Shown here: positions 62,596-64,000 of the stretch, one piece after another
Layout of the letters: each line of letters starts with the position of its first letter
How positions within the stretch are numbered: position 1 is the stretch's first letter
NCBI GenBank assembly: GCA_002633005.1
Contig: NMRA01000065.1
Coordinates: forward strand, 174,420-238,419
From: Phoronis australis
Lineage: Eukaryota > Animalia > Phoronida
Length of the DNA stretch: 64,000 nt
Direction: 5' to 3'
Notes under the pieces: generated by a model
Told to the model about the DNA's origin: nothing
What the model saw: the letters and a program-made list of their open reading frames with translations, nothing else
Databases searched by the model: none
Made by a program: the position numbers and the translations under genes

Positions 62596-64000
62596 TTCTA
62601 TAAGGTATTCAGCTTTTGAAGTACACTAGTTAATGAAGAATTTTTTTCTCTTATACATGGCTATGAAGAAAATTTTATTTTTATTTTTGATTCAGGACTT
62701 TTGGTTTCTTCGTCATAAATGAGGAACTGGCAAGAGTCTGTCGTAATGATGTGCTGCCTTTCAACAAAAGTACCAACTACAACAAAAGGCGCTTACCCCA
62801 ACATATTTTCGCAATGCAAGGGTTATGTCACAAATCGTACTGCTTTATCTACTTTGCTTGCAGTCAAACGAATTATGTTATTTACTCAGGCACCATATTT
62901 TATGTTTCTAATACTTAGTACTCAGATAAATGTGATTTCTTTGTGGTACTAATAAACAAAATTTATGCCCAATACCATTTCTTAGTTTCATACTTAAAAT
63001 CGGATGAAGACTTAAATGTAATGAAACAGAACTGGTAAAGTTGCTACAAACCAACATTCCATCAACAATAAAGTAACTTTTAATTTATACCATTTTCCGC
63101 ATCAGACCTCCTATCAGTAAGTTTCTTTACCCATGTGAGGATGGGTTTCTTGGCTTGTTACAAATTCACCTACAGAAAATGACAAGCTGTTTCAAGGCAA
63201 CTTGATAAACTGAGCTTCGAGCTATAACGAACTGTCAGTTCTTTCTAATTCCAGGAATCACTTGTACTTTGAGTAAGGAATGGGCCAAGACAATAAATAG
63301 TCAAAATCAATAGTGGGTTTAATTGAAGGAAGGCAGGTTCATAGCAGCTTTAACAGCAATGGCACAATCACATTAACAAACAAAATGGATTTTCACTGCC
63401 GAAGTTTAACCTGTATAACATCAAATGCATTTCACTGCAGTAATTCGCAACACAACAGAAATGTAAATGCAAACAAGAGTTGCAGCATGACATGTAATTA
63501 ATCGAAATATGGACACATTTATATTAATTACGTAGTCAATTCGCACAACCACGTGGACCAACAAAAGCAGATGATGACTGTTGATAGACTCAACATGAAC
63601 CAAGTTACATGACCACTTCAATTAAAAAGCAGGTACTGTATCACAGTTTTGGAGTCAAATGTAAGCAAACAGTGGTCAAGGATTGTTGGTTTACATATAT
63701 AAAAAGTAGAACATCAGATTTATATGCTGTACGGTAAATGAGTAAGATAAAAAATATAGCCGTGTCCTATTGTATTGACAACAGTCTATATCCACGTCAA
63801 GCTACTATGCAAAGGTAACTTTAAAATTAGTGTTAAATGTTCACTGAAGCAGTGATAGTTCTTTTGATAGATCAAATAACATTTGTTGTCATTGCAAAAC
63901 CATTGATCGTCAAGGCAATGAACTGGGTGGCCCCTGGAAGTCATGTGTCAAGTTTGTGCACGCCTTGTTTTTCTCTCAAGCATCTGCTAATTATGGACAC

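Noticed and set aside
55200-64000. Numerous 60-110-aa ORFs
   Set aside because: No recognisable motifs or exon chain; consistent with chance ORFs in intronic or intergenic DNA upstream of the GPCR.

Overview
This is eukaryotic (animal) genomic DNA, AT-rich and intron-rich, most consistent with a marine invertebrate (inference from gene families and repeat types). Host genes: a partial F-type lectin-domain gene on the minus strand (exons 6553-6344 and 3818-3603); a complete 12-exon SLC49A4/DIRC2-like MFS transporter (14194-33208, 514 aa as spliced by eye); a 2-exon UDP-glycosyltransferase (38349-40632) whose catalytic His appears replaced by Leu; and a class A peptide-receptor-like GPCR with an intronless CDS (54418-52934, minus). 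The rest is mostly decayed mobile DNA: Penelope, RTE and CR1/L2 retroelement fragments, a DD37D (maT) Tc1/mariner, four internally deleted Kolobok derivatives, two Academ elements, several MITE families and a Helentron-like tandem-repeat element. The most unusual observations are: (1) terminal palindromes with tandem G-A mismatches, one present in flip and flop isomers between two copies; (2) a strong excess of TACATGTA with direct evidence that it arises as a 6-bp insertion at TA, matching a Tc1/mariner excision footprint; (3) a ~150-bp-period array of CTCF-like motifs in a repeat element between two convergent genes; (4) Kolobok deletion derivatives that repeatedly keep the THAP domain and the KolX N-terminus. 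All coordinates and alignments were done by eye, without database searches.
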